From: Octopus bimaculoides
Lineage: Eukaryota
NCBI RefSeq assembly: GCF_001194135.2
Contig: NC_068982.1
Coordinates: 150,909,894 to 150,962,829, forward strand
Length of the DNA stretch: 52,936 nucleotides
Direction of reading: 5' to 3'
In this document: one piece after another, positions 13,045 to 26,056 of the stretch
Layout of the letters: every line of letters begins with the position of its first letter
Position numbering within the stretch: the stretch's first letter is position 1
Position numbers and translations under genes: made by a program
The notes under the pieces: generated by a model
The model's input: only the letters and a program-made list of their open reading frames with translations
Told to the model about the DNA's origin: nothing
Database searches by the model: none

Positions 13045-13898
13045 ATCTATCTATATATATATANNNNNNNNNNNNNNNNNNNNNNNNNNNNNNNNNNNNN
13101 NNNNNNNNNNNNNNNNNNNNNNNNNNNNNNNNNNNNNNNNNNNNNNNNNNNNNNNNNNNNNNNNNNNNNNNNNNNNNNNNNNNNNNNNNNNNNNNNNNNN
13201 NNNNNNNNNNNNNNNNNNNNNNNNNNNNNNNNNNNNNNNNNNNNNNNNNNNNNNNNNNNNNNNNNNNNNNNNNNNNNNNNNNNNNNNNNNNNNNNNNNNN
13301 NNNNNNNNNNNNNNNNNNNNNNNNNNNNNNNNNNNNNNNNNNNNNNNNNNNNNNNNNNNNNNNNNNNNNNNNNNNNNNNNNNNNNNNNNNNNNNNNNNNN
13401 NNNNNNNNNNNNNNNNNNNNNNNNNNNNNNNNNNNNNNNNNNNNNNNNNNNNNNNNNNNNNNNNNNNNNNNNNNNNNNNNNNNNNNNNNNNNNNNNNNNN
13501 NNNNNNNNNNNNNNNNNNNNNNNNNNNNNNNNNNNNNNNNNNNNNNNNNNNNNNNNNNNNNNNNNNNNNNNNNNNNNNNNNNNNNNNNNNNNNNNNNNNN
13601 NNNNNNNNNNNNNNNNNNNNNNNNNNNNNNNNNNNNNNNNNNNNNNNNNNNNNNNNNNNNNNNNNNNNNNNNNNNNNNNNNNNNNNNNNNNNNNNNNNNN
13701 NNNNNNNNNNNNNNNNNNNNNNNNNNNNNNNNNNNNNNNNNNNNNNNNNNNNNNNNNNNNNNNNNNNNNNNNNNNNNNNNNNNNNNNNNNNNNNNNNNNN
13801 NNNNNNNNNNNNNNNNNNNNNNNNNNNNNNNNNNNNNNNNNNNNNNNNNNNNNNNCAAATATTTGCTTCACCATATGAAGCAAATATTTGCTGATCCC

Positions 13899-13939
<41 letters not shown>

Positions 13940-13974
13940 TACACATATAAACATATATATGTATGTATGTATGT

Positions 13975-14009
<35 letters not shown>

Positions 14010-14014
14010 AACAT

Positions 14015-14686
14015 ACATAGATGAATGAAGAAATGGAGTTAAACGCAAGTATTTTTCAAATCTTTATACTTCCGACATATGTTTCAATGAAAACATTGGT
14101 ATTATTCCTTTTGTCCGCTCTGTACTGAAGAACAGTATCTCAGTCTGTTCTCGGAAAATTCTCTTATAAACACCTTTAAAGAACGCGTTTATTATTGCAA
14201 ACATTGGCAAAAACATACCTTGTGTTCTTGTACGTAGTTTCTACCAATCTATAAATTTGACTTTTGATTGTCTTCTTACATTTCATTTCCACTACATATA
14301 TTTATTTACACGCCTTTAAGCTTAATTTCCACTCATCTATTGCACTACATTTCTCCACTCTTAATTTTCTGTTAATTTCTTTTTTCTCCTTCTCTTTCTC
14401 TAAATTGCCTTTTATGTTAAATCTATTAATGTTTTTTATAAAAAATAACTTGCCAGTGTTCCCTTCATTATATACGCGGTAATCACATTCGGTTAAAATG
14501 GCTTATTGATATGTTGGCTTATTGATGTGTTTTGCTTCTCTTTTTTCCCTGACGAGATGATTACTTCGTTTTACATCCATTTTATTCCCTCAGGAATAAT
14601 ACCAATGTTTTCTTTGAGACATATGTCAGAAGTAAAAAGATTTGAGTAACACCTGTGTTTAACTCCATTTCTTAATTTATCTATGT
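14015..14686. mobile_element. Foldback element with 95-bp inverted arms
   Basis: 14015-14109 versus the reverse complement of 14592-14686: about 11 mismatches; about 480-bp spacer. Confidence 0.85.
14543..14632 (+). ncRNA. Degenerate type I hammerhead ribozyme
   Basis: TTTTCC-CTGACGA-gatga...ttcttt-GAGA-CATATG-TC|AGAAG; the inverted copy at 14069-14085 (minus) retains GAAA-CATATG-TC|GGAAG, so the consensus of both arms restores a canonical core. Confidence 0.5.
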
Positions 14687-15006
14687 TATACAAAAACATT
14701 TGGATCTTTCTGATTTGGCGGACACCATTTTTTATTTATGTTTTATTTAATGTGTTTTCTACTGAAACACTTTAAAACTTCGTATACTTGTATATTTTGT
14801 CTTATAGAACAGAGAAAAATTTTTATATTCAAAGTTATTTCGTGTTAAAAGTTGTCGTATTTCGGTAATTTCAACCAATCACTGATGTCTATTGAGGTGA
14901 AAACAATTACTGCTATGGATTGTCAACAAAACGTTGTGCGGTGTAATGGGATCTTTTCCCTTGAATAAAATTAGTGCCGTTGTTTGTCAACAACAACTAT
15001 CGGTGG

Positions 15007-15228
15007 TACTGTTATTTATGACATCGTTCGTGCATTTGTACTGGTTTTAGGGTTAGGGTTCGGGTTATGAGTATTTTTGCCAAATTTGGTGAAAGTCTGT
15101 TCAATACACTGCCACAAATTTTTCACCAAATTTGGCAAAAATACTCATAACCCTAACTCTAAAACCCGAACCCTAACCCTAAAGCTAAAACCAGTACAAA
15201 TGCACGAATGGTGTCATAAATAACAGTA
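15007..15228. repeat. Inverted repeat containing telomere-like TTAGGG/CCCTAA units
   Basis: Arms 15007-15094 and 15121-15228; TTTTAGGGTTAGGGTTCGGGTTA on the left, mirrored and expanded on the right. Confidence 0.85.
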
Positions 15229-15446
15229 TGCAAGATGCAAGCTCTTCAGGACTGTTCAGTTTAATAAAGGTGATATTTAACTTGAACATCTTTAGGTCAA
15301 TGACCGCAGGAAAAGCAAGGGTGAAAACATAAATGGGAAAAAAAAACTGAAGTATCTTTCTCTTATTATTTTTTCCTTACAAACATCACACAATAGTAAC
15401 TATTGAACCGATTACCATGTTTGTTAGTTTATTTAAAAAAACATAC

Positions 15447-15585
15447 CTTTGATAGTTCATCTTTCAGTTTATGGAAGTTTTTAAGGTGTATTTCTGTTTC
15501 CTTGGACATTGTGTGAATTACAGAGTTTTTGTTATTCAATTCAGTTGTCATCTTGCTCTGAATTAGAGATAATTCCTCTCGAAGT
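15447..15585 (-). CDS. CCDC171: CCDC171-like exon (phase 2->0)
   Basis: tattttttgcag|...AAG|gtatgt; LREELSLIQSKMTTELNNKNSVIHTMSKETEIHLKNFHKLKDELSK. Confidence 0.9.
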
Positions 15586-17219
15586 CTGCAAAAAATATAT
15601 CACCATCTTCATCAACATAATCATCAACAGCAGCAGTGTTATCACCATAATCACCATCCCTACTGCTATTATTAATTCAACAATGCTTCTGCAGCAGAAG
15701 CAAAAGCAGAAGCAGTAGTAACGTCACCACTCCTACCACCATCATTACTTTATGTTGACATTTAATCACTCACCATCTCAGGTCCTGTCTTGTTGCATAG
15801 CCAATGCATTCTAATGAACTATTATGTTTTTTTTTTAAGTATTTGAAGACTGATCTTAAGATGATGAGCCTTACAGATGAGATGACAAAGGACTGAGATG
15901 ATTGGTGTTTTCCTGTGCTCAGGAAGACATCCAGCACTGCAAAAATAATATCCTAAAACCACTCAGTTATGCTTGTACATACATGAGGATTTGTCCCTTA
16001 CTGTTTTCATTCTGTCTACCATTCTATGGTTCTACTAGGCTGCTGTGCTCACCTGAGAGCAGAATTAGAACATACTACATCCCCTCCCCTCCCAAGTGGT
16101 CTCCCACATACCTCTTCATCCCCTACCCACACCATTTCAACCAATCATCATCCTCTTCTGTGACTTCAATCACTGCTCTCTCTCCTCTATGCTATACTCC
16201 ATTCTAAACACCTTTCTTATGTGCTATCATTCTCAATACCCTCCCATATCTACCATCACGACCCACTCACCTACTATAACCCTTATGTATTCTTATATCT
16301 CCCTTTCCACTGCTCCTACACCTTGCACTCACTTTCTCTTATATTTTCTTTCTTGAGTCAGTCCTATATCTCTCACCTTGCCCCTCCCCACACTAATATT
16401 TCCCATCATTTGCACTCCCACCTTTGTTCATCACTCACTACATTAACCTCTACCCCCTCTTGTTTACTCCCTATTTACACACCTATGAAAGCATCTACAC
16501 ACTCTATCATCCTCTCCCATGATCTAATGTCTGTGTCCTCTCTTATGCTTGTCTTCTTATGAGTTTGCTCTAGCACCTCATCACTACCTTCCTCTAATCT
16601 CTTTCAGCCATATAACTCCTATATAGCAAGACATCTGTGCTTGTCCCTCTATCATACTATAGCCTTTCAACACCTGGCATAAAGTCGTCTGCCTCCACCT
16701 CCTCCCCCTAAATACTTTGTCTTAGTAGTGGAAGCTTTATCCCTTTCCTTTTCCTCTGTTTTTTTCATGTCTTGCAAGTTTCATGGAAGGGCATCCAGTT
16801 ATAGAAATCATGCCAAAGATGACACTGGAGCATGATGCAGCCATGCAGCCCACTGGTTCTGTCAAACTGTCCAATCTATGCCAGTATGGAAAGTGAATAG
16901 GTAGGTAGGTAGGGTGACAGTTACATATTTCTACTATATACATAAATAGTATATCTAAGGCACATAATATGATAAGTATATCTAGTGCACCATATATATG
17001 AGAATATCACATTAAATCATGTGAGAGAAACCATATTGGATGATGTCTGAAAAATTAATGCTCATACAGGCTTGAATTCACTGAAAGTTTAGAAATAGGA
17101 TTGCAATTAAACTTAAGCAACTTTCCATAGCTCTGTATAAAAGCACGCACACATACGCAAACACACACATTCAATTATATGAAAGCTAGTACTACACTGT
17201 TATATTTTAGTTATTATCA

Positions 17220-17996
17220 TACAAGTGGTATTAAAAGGTTCCAGGACTAGTAATGTTTAATAAAAAATAACTTATTTAGTAAAGTTTTAACATCTCCTTT
17301 GAAAGAGTCACCTTGTGCAGCAATACACCAGTCGCACCATTCCCACCACTTTTCGAATCTGGCCTGGAAGTCATTTTATGTAAGCGAGTAGAAGCCCTGA
17401 GATTTACTCTGGGTCCCGACAATGGTATTAAAACAATGACCTTTGAGCTGCACTTTCATCTTGGAGAAGAGATAGAAGTCTGCAGGTGCTAAATCTGGTG
17501 AATGGAGCAGGTGTGGAAGTGATACTATGTTGTTTTTGGTGAGAAACTCATGAATGAGGAGATCACAGTGACAGGGTGCATTGTCATGAAGAATCCAATT
17601 CTTCGAGCTCCACAGATTGTGGCAGATCTTCCAGAAGCTTGTCGTTTTCCAGGGACATGTCTCTGCTTTTGAAGCATCTGTGCCTCTCAGAGCATTGCAT
17701 ATGACCCATTGCCTCATCACTGTAAGCTTGTCAAAGCATGCTCAATGTCTCTGTAGTAGACTTCCTAAGTTTAACGCAAAATTTCATGTTGGCTCTTTGT
17801 TCTTGTCCATGACAAAATTGCAGACTGCAGCATACATGTGATCACAAAAACATAAATTTCACAACTTGCGAAGTAAACACAGCGATGTCACTCAGCACAC
17901 TGCCTCATGAAGGTCACTACTAGCTCTCACTGCACATGCAACCATCTGTTGGCACACTACAGAACCAGTTTGGGAACTTTTTGACACCACCTCATA
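17220..17996 (-). mobile_element. Internally deleted mariner (DD34D-type) element with both TIRs
   Basis: TA-flanked TIRs (tacaagtggtattaaaaggttccaggact / revcomp tatgaggtggtgtcaaaaagttcccaaact); N-terminal RANMKFCVKLRKSTTETLSML joined to C-terminal WILHDNAPCH...HSPDLAPADFYLF. Confidence 0.9.
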
Positions 17997-18167
17997 TTTC
18001 TTTGTTTATTAAAAAAGCAAAGCTCTGAGAGTTCATTTTCCAGTTTATTAACTGTGGAGGGCTAATTAGGCCTGCAGTCCAAAACTAAAGGGAGCAATAT
18101 TAATAAAACATTTATTGGTGCTCTACCAATATGGTATTACTTTAAATTCCCATAAAAAAAATCTTAC

Positions 18168-18233
18168 CCTGTTAAATCTGTCTTGTATTTGCTGTTGAGT
18201 GCTTTCTCTTCTTCATAAGTAGTTTGAAGCTTA
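18168..18233 (-). CDS. CCDC171: CCDC171-like exon (phase 2->2)
   Basis: ttttcttccag|...CAGG|gtaaga; KLQTTYEEEKALNSKYKTDLT(G). Confidence 0.87.
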
Positions 18234-19067
18234 CTGGAAGAAAAGGAAAAGGAATTTACTTTATTGTATCACTTCTTACTTTACTTATTACACAATATAG
18301 TACATAGAACTAACTACTTGGCCAAGAATGCGGATTAGGGAAAATAAGTCACACAGTCTGACTTTTGTCAAAGATTGGCAGAAGCAAGTGAAGTTTAAAA
18401 TAGCAGGAGATACTATGTTAATGGTTTAAGACAAACCCATAAAACACTTAGAACTATAGTACATTAACTCACTGTTTGAGTGAGTAGAGGCACTGAGATC
18501 ATGGCATAAAGCAAAGATAAGTTGAAAGCCATAGATAGGTTAAAACTGCTGGGCATATACAAGATCTGCTGCTTGTAGTTTAGCCTATATACCCATACTG
18601 CTTGACCACAGCTCATATAAAAAGCAGTTCTGTTGAGAGTGGAGATCAAGAAGAAAAAGTGTAGTGTTTACATCAGGAAACAATTAACAGTTCAGGCGTA
18701 TATCAAAAGAGTGGGTCTCTTCAACTACCTATAACATCAAATTTTGAGATCTACCAATCCAGAAAGGCACGAACAGTTATGATGCTGAGGGAGACTGAAG
18801 ACGTAGAAATATGGGACAAGCCACCAGATGTCAAAACTGCAAGAAAATGTTACACAGAGAAAGAAACTGATGACATAATAACATCACTTGAACATTGAGA
18901 TTTAGTGGGAAGAATTCAAAGTGACTGGAAAGGTATTGGTTGTAATCCATTTAAACAATTTTTGACCAAGTGAAGAGCTGCTGTTTGTGGCTGTGTTAAA
19001 GCAAGAGGAACAGAGAAAAGGGAACTGCATTGGAAGACGGATGTTAAACAATGATGATATGCTGATG

Positions 19068-19133
<66 letters not shown>

Positions 19134-19257
19134 TGGCATGTATATATATATATATAAGCAGAAAAGAAAATGGAAATTGAGAAGTTAAAATTGTTTATTA
19201 TTGACAGCAAATTAATCATTATCCTTTACAGCTATTTTAATTACTAGTTAGTAAATC

Positions 19258-19720
19258 ATCATCATTGTTTAACGTCTGCTTCATTGTTTAACGTCCAAGC
19301 TGGCATGGGTTAGACAGTTTGACTGAGGACCAGCGAGCCAGATAGCTGCACCAGGCTCCAATCTGATCTGGCAGAGTTTCTACAGCTGGATGCCCTTCCT
19401 AATGCCAACCACTCCGAGAGTGTAGTGGGTGCTGTTACGTGCCACCGGCACGAGGACTAGTCAGGAACTACTAGCAATGGCTATGCTCAAATGGTGTTTT
19501 TCATGTGCCACCTGTACAGGAGCCAGTCCAGTGGCACTGGCAACGACCTCGCTCGAATGTTGTTTTTCAGGTGCCACTGGCACAAATGCCAGTAAGGTGA
19601 TGGTGGTAACGATCAGGCTCGAATGGTGCTTTTTATGTGCCACTGGCATGGGAGCCAGTCAGCGGCCCTGGCAATGATCACGCTCGGATGGTGCTCTTAG
19701 TACTCCACTAAAATGGATGC
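19258..19720 (-). mobile_element. RTE LINE 3' UTR/tail fragment with internal tandem units
   Basis: (CAT)n-gtttaacgtc...gcatgggtt tail; same family as 25560-25975, 30020-30370, 32219-32480 and 33870-34152. Confidence 0.8.
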
Positions 19721-19903
19721 CAGTCATGCAGTGCTGTCATTCAATTTGATTTTATATCATGTCACCTGCTGACAGCTTTATTGTGAAGAGATAGAATATG
19801 AGTATTTATGGTGGCTTTATGGTGGTTTTGACTGCTATTTCTAGACATGTAAAAGTTTTTGTAACCCTCTCCGTTATAATTGTGATTTATTTGTAATTAT
19901 ACA

Positions 19904-19937
<34 letters not shown>

Positions 19938-19943
<6 letters not shown>

Positions 19944-20090
19944 GCTTCTTTCAATTTCTGTCTACCACATCCACTGACAAGGCTTTGGTTGGTCTGATGC
20001 TGTAGTAGAAGACACTTGCCCAAGGTCCCACACAGTGGGACTGAACCCAGAACCATGTGGTTGGGAAGCAAGCTTCTTACCACACAGCCA
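19938..20090 (-). mobile_element. tRNA-derived SINE
   Basis: Minus strand TGGCTGTGTGGT (A box-like) and GGTTCAGTCCC (B box-like), ending in a (TA)n tail; decayed relatives near 10370-10490, 12235-12335, 24992-25135, 26890-27035, 31995-32050 and 40625-40760. Confidence 0.85.
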
Positions 20091-20309
20091 CTAGTGCTCC
20101 TACACAACTACTATANNNNNNNNNNNNNNNNNNNNNNNNNNNNNNNNNNNNNNNNNNNNNNNNNNNNNNNNNNNNTATATATTTATTTATTTATTTATTT
20201 GTATAAAGTCTATGATTCATTCTCTAGCTACTCAGTGTTTCATATATTGGTGTTTTATTGAAAGGGTGAAGACTAAACTTTAACTAAGTTTTAATAAGGA
20301 AAAGAAGGC

Positions 20310-21870
20310 AAATTCCTGCAGTGTTTGACATCCTGAAATGGGATAGGTAAAAACCTATATACCAGGGGACTTTGGAGACATAGCAGTTGTTACTATCATA
20401 AAAGAAAAGTACATGATCTGAATGTGGAAACTATCTTGGGATTTTCCTGTCAGCAACAGTACAGTGGATAATTCTCACTTGCATGATGACCAACTGGCTC
20501 AAACCATTAGCTGAAAAGATCCTTTCAATACATTATGTGAAAGGATCAACACTTCATACTGTGTCATTTACAAGAAAAATGTTCAGAACATCAACCTTTG
20601 TACAAGGCATTCACTGACCTCACCAAAGCCTTTAGCTTAATATCAAAGGAACTTCTATGTGATACCCTATCCACTGATTGATATCCAGAAAAGTATATTA
20701 GCATCCTGAAACTCATCTATAATGACATTCTTGCCACAACAACTATGAACTATTTAAAATCAGAACAAAAGGACAACAGGGGTGTGTAGCTGTTCTAGCA
20801 CTGTTAACTATTTGCCCTGCAACAATCATCAATATTATCGAGCATGACTTACATCTAATAATTGCATTTGTCTGCAGAACAGATGTTCTGTAGACAGAAT
20901 GTTCAACCTTGCTTGTCTAAAGTCCAAAAGCAAGACATCTACAAGTTCCCTCAGCCAACTCCAATAAGCAGTTTCCTCAAAAAAAATCATCTGCAATAGA
21001 TACTGACTGCCTTCAGCTGTATATTCAAGAAACTTAGAGTAAGCACCAACTCTAAAAAAAAAATCAAATAATTTGCAGACCATCACCAACTAAGACAAAC
21101 CAAATAGACCCATTGATTCAACATGGTGAACCTACTCTGCTAAATGTAGGCATTTTCTATACCTTGGAAGTTTCCTTGGCTGTAATGTTGATAAGATCAT
21201 TCATCATTTCACATATGCTGAGATACTTTTGGGATGTCTCCAAAGAGGACATTTTTCCTAATTATGATATTTAAATAGACACCAAAACATTAGTGTAGAG
21301 AGCTGTGGTAATTCCAATATTCTTGTATGGATAAGAAAATATAGACAACAAACTGAAAACATTTGAAGGCAATTTGAAAGGTTCTGATAATGCAGTCATC
21401 AAAATATCTTAAATATCAGCTCAGAAGACAAGAAAAACTTATGTTAGTGTATAGACTGCAGTGAAAGCTACAAGTATCGAAGTCTTCATCATCAAGAACC
21501 AAGAGTCATGTTATTTGGATCAAAGATGAAAGTCGATTGAAACAAATTTTATTTAGAGATGACAGATGTAATACAGGTGAATAACAAGAGATTTTAAGAT
21601 ATCTCATAAGCCATCATGAAAATATATAAAAACATCAGTAACAGGTAAACTAGAGTCATGGATAGAAACTCTGAAAACCAACATCAAAGATGGAATGGTA
21701 ACTTTTGAAGTCAATAGATGCACAATACTGGAAGAAAACAAAAAGAGAGGTAGCATAAACAAAATTTTCAGCATAACCAAAACATAATCTGCCATTTGAA
21801 ACACTTTGTACTGAAAGAACTTTCAAAGCAAAGATAGGACTCACAAGCACCATAAATAAATCAATGAAAT
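20310..21870 (+). mobile_element. Highly decayed RTE/BovB-type LINE ORF
   Basis: Fragments IPGDF, ECGNYLGI, LQEKCSEHQPLYKAFTDLTKAF, QQGCV, ESRLKQILF, IKDGMVTFEVNR, KAKIGL. Confidence 0.7.
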
Positions 21871-22959
21871 AGAGATCATCAAACTTGACCTTCAAGAGTG
21901 GCCAAAATATTAATATTTTGAGAAAAGCAGACAAAAATGGCTGTGATATGATGTTCAAACACATGCATATGAGCCAGTTTCCCATTTTGTACCAACCAAG
22001 TCTTGACATGCTGTCCCTTTTGCTTATTGAATACCCTACTATTTCTCTGTTAATCCCTCTCCCATGTACTGTACTCTGCTACCTTTTTAATGAGGGATAA
22101 CATTAGATCTATCACAACTCTACCCACCATCCAAATCTCTCTACCTTTCTCCTCCTTGCATTATGATGCCTGAGTAACAAAAGAATAGCTTGAAAGTGTG
22201 CTATTAATTACTAAGAAGAAATGTTGCACTATTCAGCATGCCTTGGATATAGGAGACAAGGTGAAAAGACTGTGCTTACATTTTTAAGTTGTGAGTTTCC
22301 CCACTTAAAGTCTTCAACTGGTATTCCAATTCTAGACATTCTAGACAGGAGAGTATAGTATATAACAAGGGACTGAGTACTACTCCACTATGTTAACCTC
22401 CACTCGTAACAAAAATAATTTAAGCAAACACTTGGCTAACATGATTCTATGATGGCCTAAAATGACAGAAATAGAAAGGAACCCCAACAACCACACTGAT
22501 CTACCTAGCAGTAAAAACAGCAAAACAGTCATAATACTCTGTCTGAATTTTACAAAGGGAACAAAGGCATTTTTTCCTCTTCTTTAAGAATTCCCGATCT
22601 TTTGTTGGAGGTAGAAAACTATAGAAAACTATTCCACCTGAAATAAGAATGAGAAATGCTGATATAACACTATGAGAGCAAGTGTGTTTGTGTCTCCTTG
22701 TTGTGACATTGTGTGAAAGTTGTAAATGAGTGTCACCATACAAGCAGTGCTGTTCGTTTCCATATTTGGAAGCAGATGAGAAAATGTCAACAGGAAGGGT
22801 ATCTGGCTGTAAAAAACCTGTTTCAATGAACTCCATTCAACTTATATAAGTATGGTAAAAAAAAAGTATGTTAAAAAAAGATAAAAATTAAATGATAAAA
22901 AGTTAATACTTCATGACTGAAAATTCTAACATCTTGAGTGTATGGAAAAAGAAGAGTTT

Positions 22960-24040
22960 TTTTTAAACCGCACTAATTATGTATAAAAATATAGTTAAAT
23001 GCAGAATTACAAGTGGGGAAAATATAGAACAATCTCTCATTCACAGGTAAGTTTTAGTTGTGAAATCTCTGCTCTTAATTTTTAACTTAACTTTTCATGA
23101 GTATGTAAACTTGATAAATTATATAAAATCTTGTCCATTGAATATTAGGATCTTTACTGAGTTGTGTAAAGAATGGGGAAGAGAATATGAACACCTTTTG
23201 CATTATGAGTTGTCAGTGGAATATAAAGGAAATGTTTTGGAATAACTTCTTGAATTATAAAATGAAATTTTATTGTTTCTAGATGAACATGCTCTGTTAG
23301 CAAGAGATATATTTGATTTTAAAAATAGATTTCAAGAATTTGATTTGTTATTATGGCTGGCCTATTTACATGACATATTCTATTGTAAATGAATTAAATT
23401 TGAACTTGTAAAGCACAAACATAAATATTGTTAGAGTTCATGGAGAAAGAAAAGCAACAATTAAATAACTGACTTTTTGGAAGTAACGTGTTCTAAAAGG
23501 AAATTTTCAGTCTATTGAAGCATTTTGTAAATTTTTAGGAAATCATTTAGAAATAAACTTACAATTAGATGCATTTTCTGCATCAATTCAAAAATAACTC
23601 TTAAGGTTAGCAAAAAATTTGAATGAATATTCCCCATCCCAAACTATGTCAACAAAAATTTGGATTAGAAATCCATTCAGTGAAAAATTAGAAAATGAAG
23701 AAATGTTACAGTGAAATGAACTAAGTGGATTTCTTAATTGAATTTTCATGCAACACTACTCTGAAACAAAAATTAAGAACATCTTAATTGGTTTTTGCTT
23801 AAGTTGTAAAGAGTATCTAAATTTATTATGTAAGAAAGTGGCCTAATTTTTAATGCATTTTGTTACAATTTAACAACGAAAATCTAGGTTCCACATGTTG
23901 GTTTTTCTTAAAAAGAAAAAAAGAAAGATAAATACAAAACCAGATTGGATGTTGAGGAAGATTTGAGGCTAAAGTTAACCTCTTTTCCTCTTGATGTACA
24001 ATTATCAGGTAATAGCAAACAATGTCATCCTTCACATTAA
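22960..24040 (+). pseudogene. hAT (Buster/Charlie-type) transposase pseudogene, C-terminal half
   Basis: LIHR..., INYIKSCPLNIRIFTELC, WLAYLHDIF, WIRNPF, TKY(R)NRLDVEEDLRLKL, QCHPSH* with many stops. Confidence 0.85.
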
Positions 24041-24381
24041 CGTGTGAAAAATAATTATCTCTTGTTGAAGAATAATAATAAATGAAATGGGAAATAAGGA
24101 AAGCTTCTAACAATGCACAAAGTTTAAAAACCTTTATATTTCAGGTGCAAAAGGTCTATCTTTACTGATCCACTGCAAGGCCTATCTTTATTGATCCACC
24201 AACTTAACCCAAAAGTCAATGGTTGGTTGAAATTGGGTCAGTGGCTTCTGTGAATATACTGTTAAATACTCCCTTCATTACTGCGACCACAACCAACATC
24301 ATCCCTAGCACTGTTACTTACCAGTACCCTCCACCACTGCTATTTCTTGCCATACTGAGGAATGTCTGTTGTAAACTGCCA

Positions 24382-24620
24382 TCAACCACCATGCCAACAG
24401 ATACTACAAGAACATACACCGCCAACACCGTCACCTACTACTACCACAACACTTACCACTACCATTATGGGGATGTAGACAACACCATCATTGACTACTA
24501 CTACTATCACTACTGCCGCTACTACCACCACCACCACCGCCACCGCCCCTGCCGCTGCCTTCGCCACCACCACCACCACCACCACCACCACTGCCGCCAC
24601 TGTTGCCAACCTCAGCCAGT
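24382..24620 (+). repeat. Mixed trinucleotide (CAC/CTA/CCG) low-complexity tract
   Basis: Direct inspection. Confidence 0.85.
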
Positions 24621-25559
24621 CTTCCTTGTCTTCAACACCACTGTCCTCATTGTGACCTGTACAACACTGACTCCACCAGCATTTTGGGAAATGCTGCTGC
24701 TAGCACAAGCACTGGTCTATCGAAAATGGCAGGATCTATGCAAATATACATTTCTTTGACTGTATTCTTCTGAAGATAGGCCTTTGCCCCAAAAATATAA
24801 AGTTTTTTAAAAAACTCTCTGCATTGTTAGAAGCTTTCCTTATTTCTTATTTCATTAATTATTCCACTTCTGTACAACAATGCTTCAAGCAAACAACAAT
24901 GCTCTTCAATTCTCTCTTGCATTTCTTTTGCATTCTTCATTTTGTTCATTTTCATTAAGAAGTAAATAAGTGTTTAATTTTACATTGTCACAGCCATGTG
25001 GTTAAAAAGTTCACTTCCAAACAATGTGGCTTCAGATTCAGTCCCACATGTGACGCCTTGAGCAAGTGAGTTCTATAGCTCCTGGTTGATGAAAGCCTTG
25101 TAGATTTGGTAGACAGAAACTAAAAGAAGCTAGTTTTTGTATGTGTGTGTGTGTGTGTGTGTGAATAAATGTGTGTGCTTGTGTATACTCTTCTCTTGAC
25201 ATCTTGTAAATAAGTACTACTGTCATGCAAGCAATGTTGTTCATCTCTAATCTTCCAGAGAAAACATGTCTAGGCATGGAGAAATATTACTTAGTTTGGG
25301 AACAAGATTCTCTCAGTTTCTGTCTACCAAATCTACTCATAAAGCTTTGGTCAGCTTGGAGCTATGAATTGGAAGGATTGGTTAAAAATGTCTTTCTTTT
25401 GCCTCCATCTCTCTCTCTCTCTTTCTCTCCTGCTGACTAGGTAACCATGTGTCTCCTCTACAGCAAGACACTTGTTTCTGTCTCTCTGTCACACTCTAAC
25501 CTCTCATTACTTGGTACAAGGTTACCTCCTCCAATACTCCACTTTTCAAAGGATCTTTA

Positions 25560-25975
25560 TCTTGCAAGCTACTTGGTGATCCCACCAGTGCTGGTGCTAT
25601 GTAAAAAGCATCCAGTCCATACTGTAAAATGATTGGCATTTGGAAGGGCATCCAACTGTAAAAACCATACTAAAGCAGACCTCACTGGTGTTGGTGCTAC
25701 GTGGAAAGCACCCAGGCCACTCTGTAAAGTAATTAGCATTAAGAAGGGCATCCAGCCATAAAAAACCATGCCAAAACAGACTTTGCCAGTGCTGGTGCCA
25801 TATAAAAAGCACTCAGTCTACTTTGTAAGGTGGTTGGGGTTAGGAAGGGCATCCAACTATAAAAACCATACCAAAATAGACAGAGAAGCCTAGTGCAGTC
25901 CTCTGGCCTGCCAGCTCCTGTCAAGCCATCCAACTACTGCCAACACAGAAAGCAAACATTAAATGATGATGACCT
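25560..25975 (+). mobile_element. RTE-tail-type repeat with three ~100-bp tandem units
   Basis: Unit gtgctggtgc..aaaagca..gaagggcatcca..aaaaccat.. starts near 25588, 25687 and 25789; ends in attaaatgatgatga. Confidence 0.75.
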
Positions 25976-26056
25976 TTAAGCTCTGCCTACCAATTCTCTT
26001 TCTCCAGTGGTGGAGGAAACCCACAAAGGAAAGAGTAATCAGCACGTTGCTTTTAT

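Noticed and set aside
15045-15185. TTAGGG repeats as a true telomere or chromosome fusion scar
   Set aside because: Only a few imperfect units, embedded in a repeat-like inverted structure within an intron.
19258-19720. Repeat-spacer-like units resembling a CRISPR array
   Set aside because: Eukaryotic context; the units are degenerate tandem repeats of the RTE 3' UTR, with no unique spacers or cas genes.
24223-24759. 178-aa His/Tyr-rich ORF
   Set aside because: It is the translation of a trinucleotide low-complexity tract.
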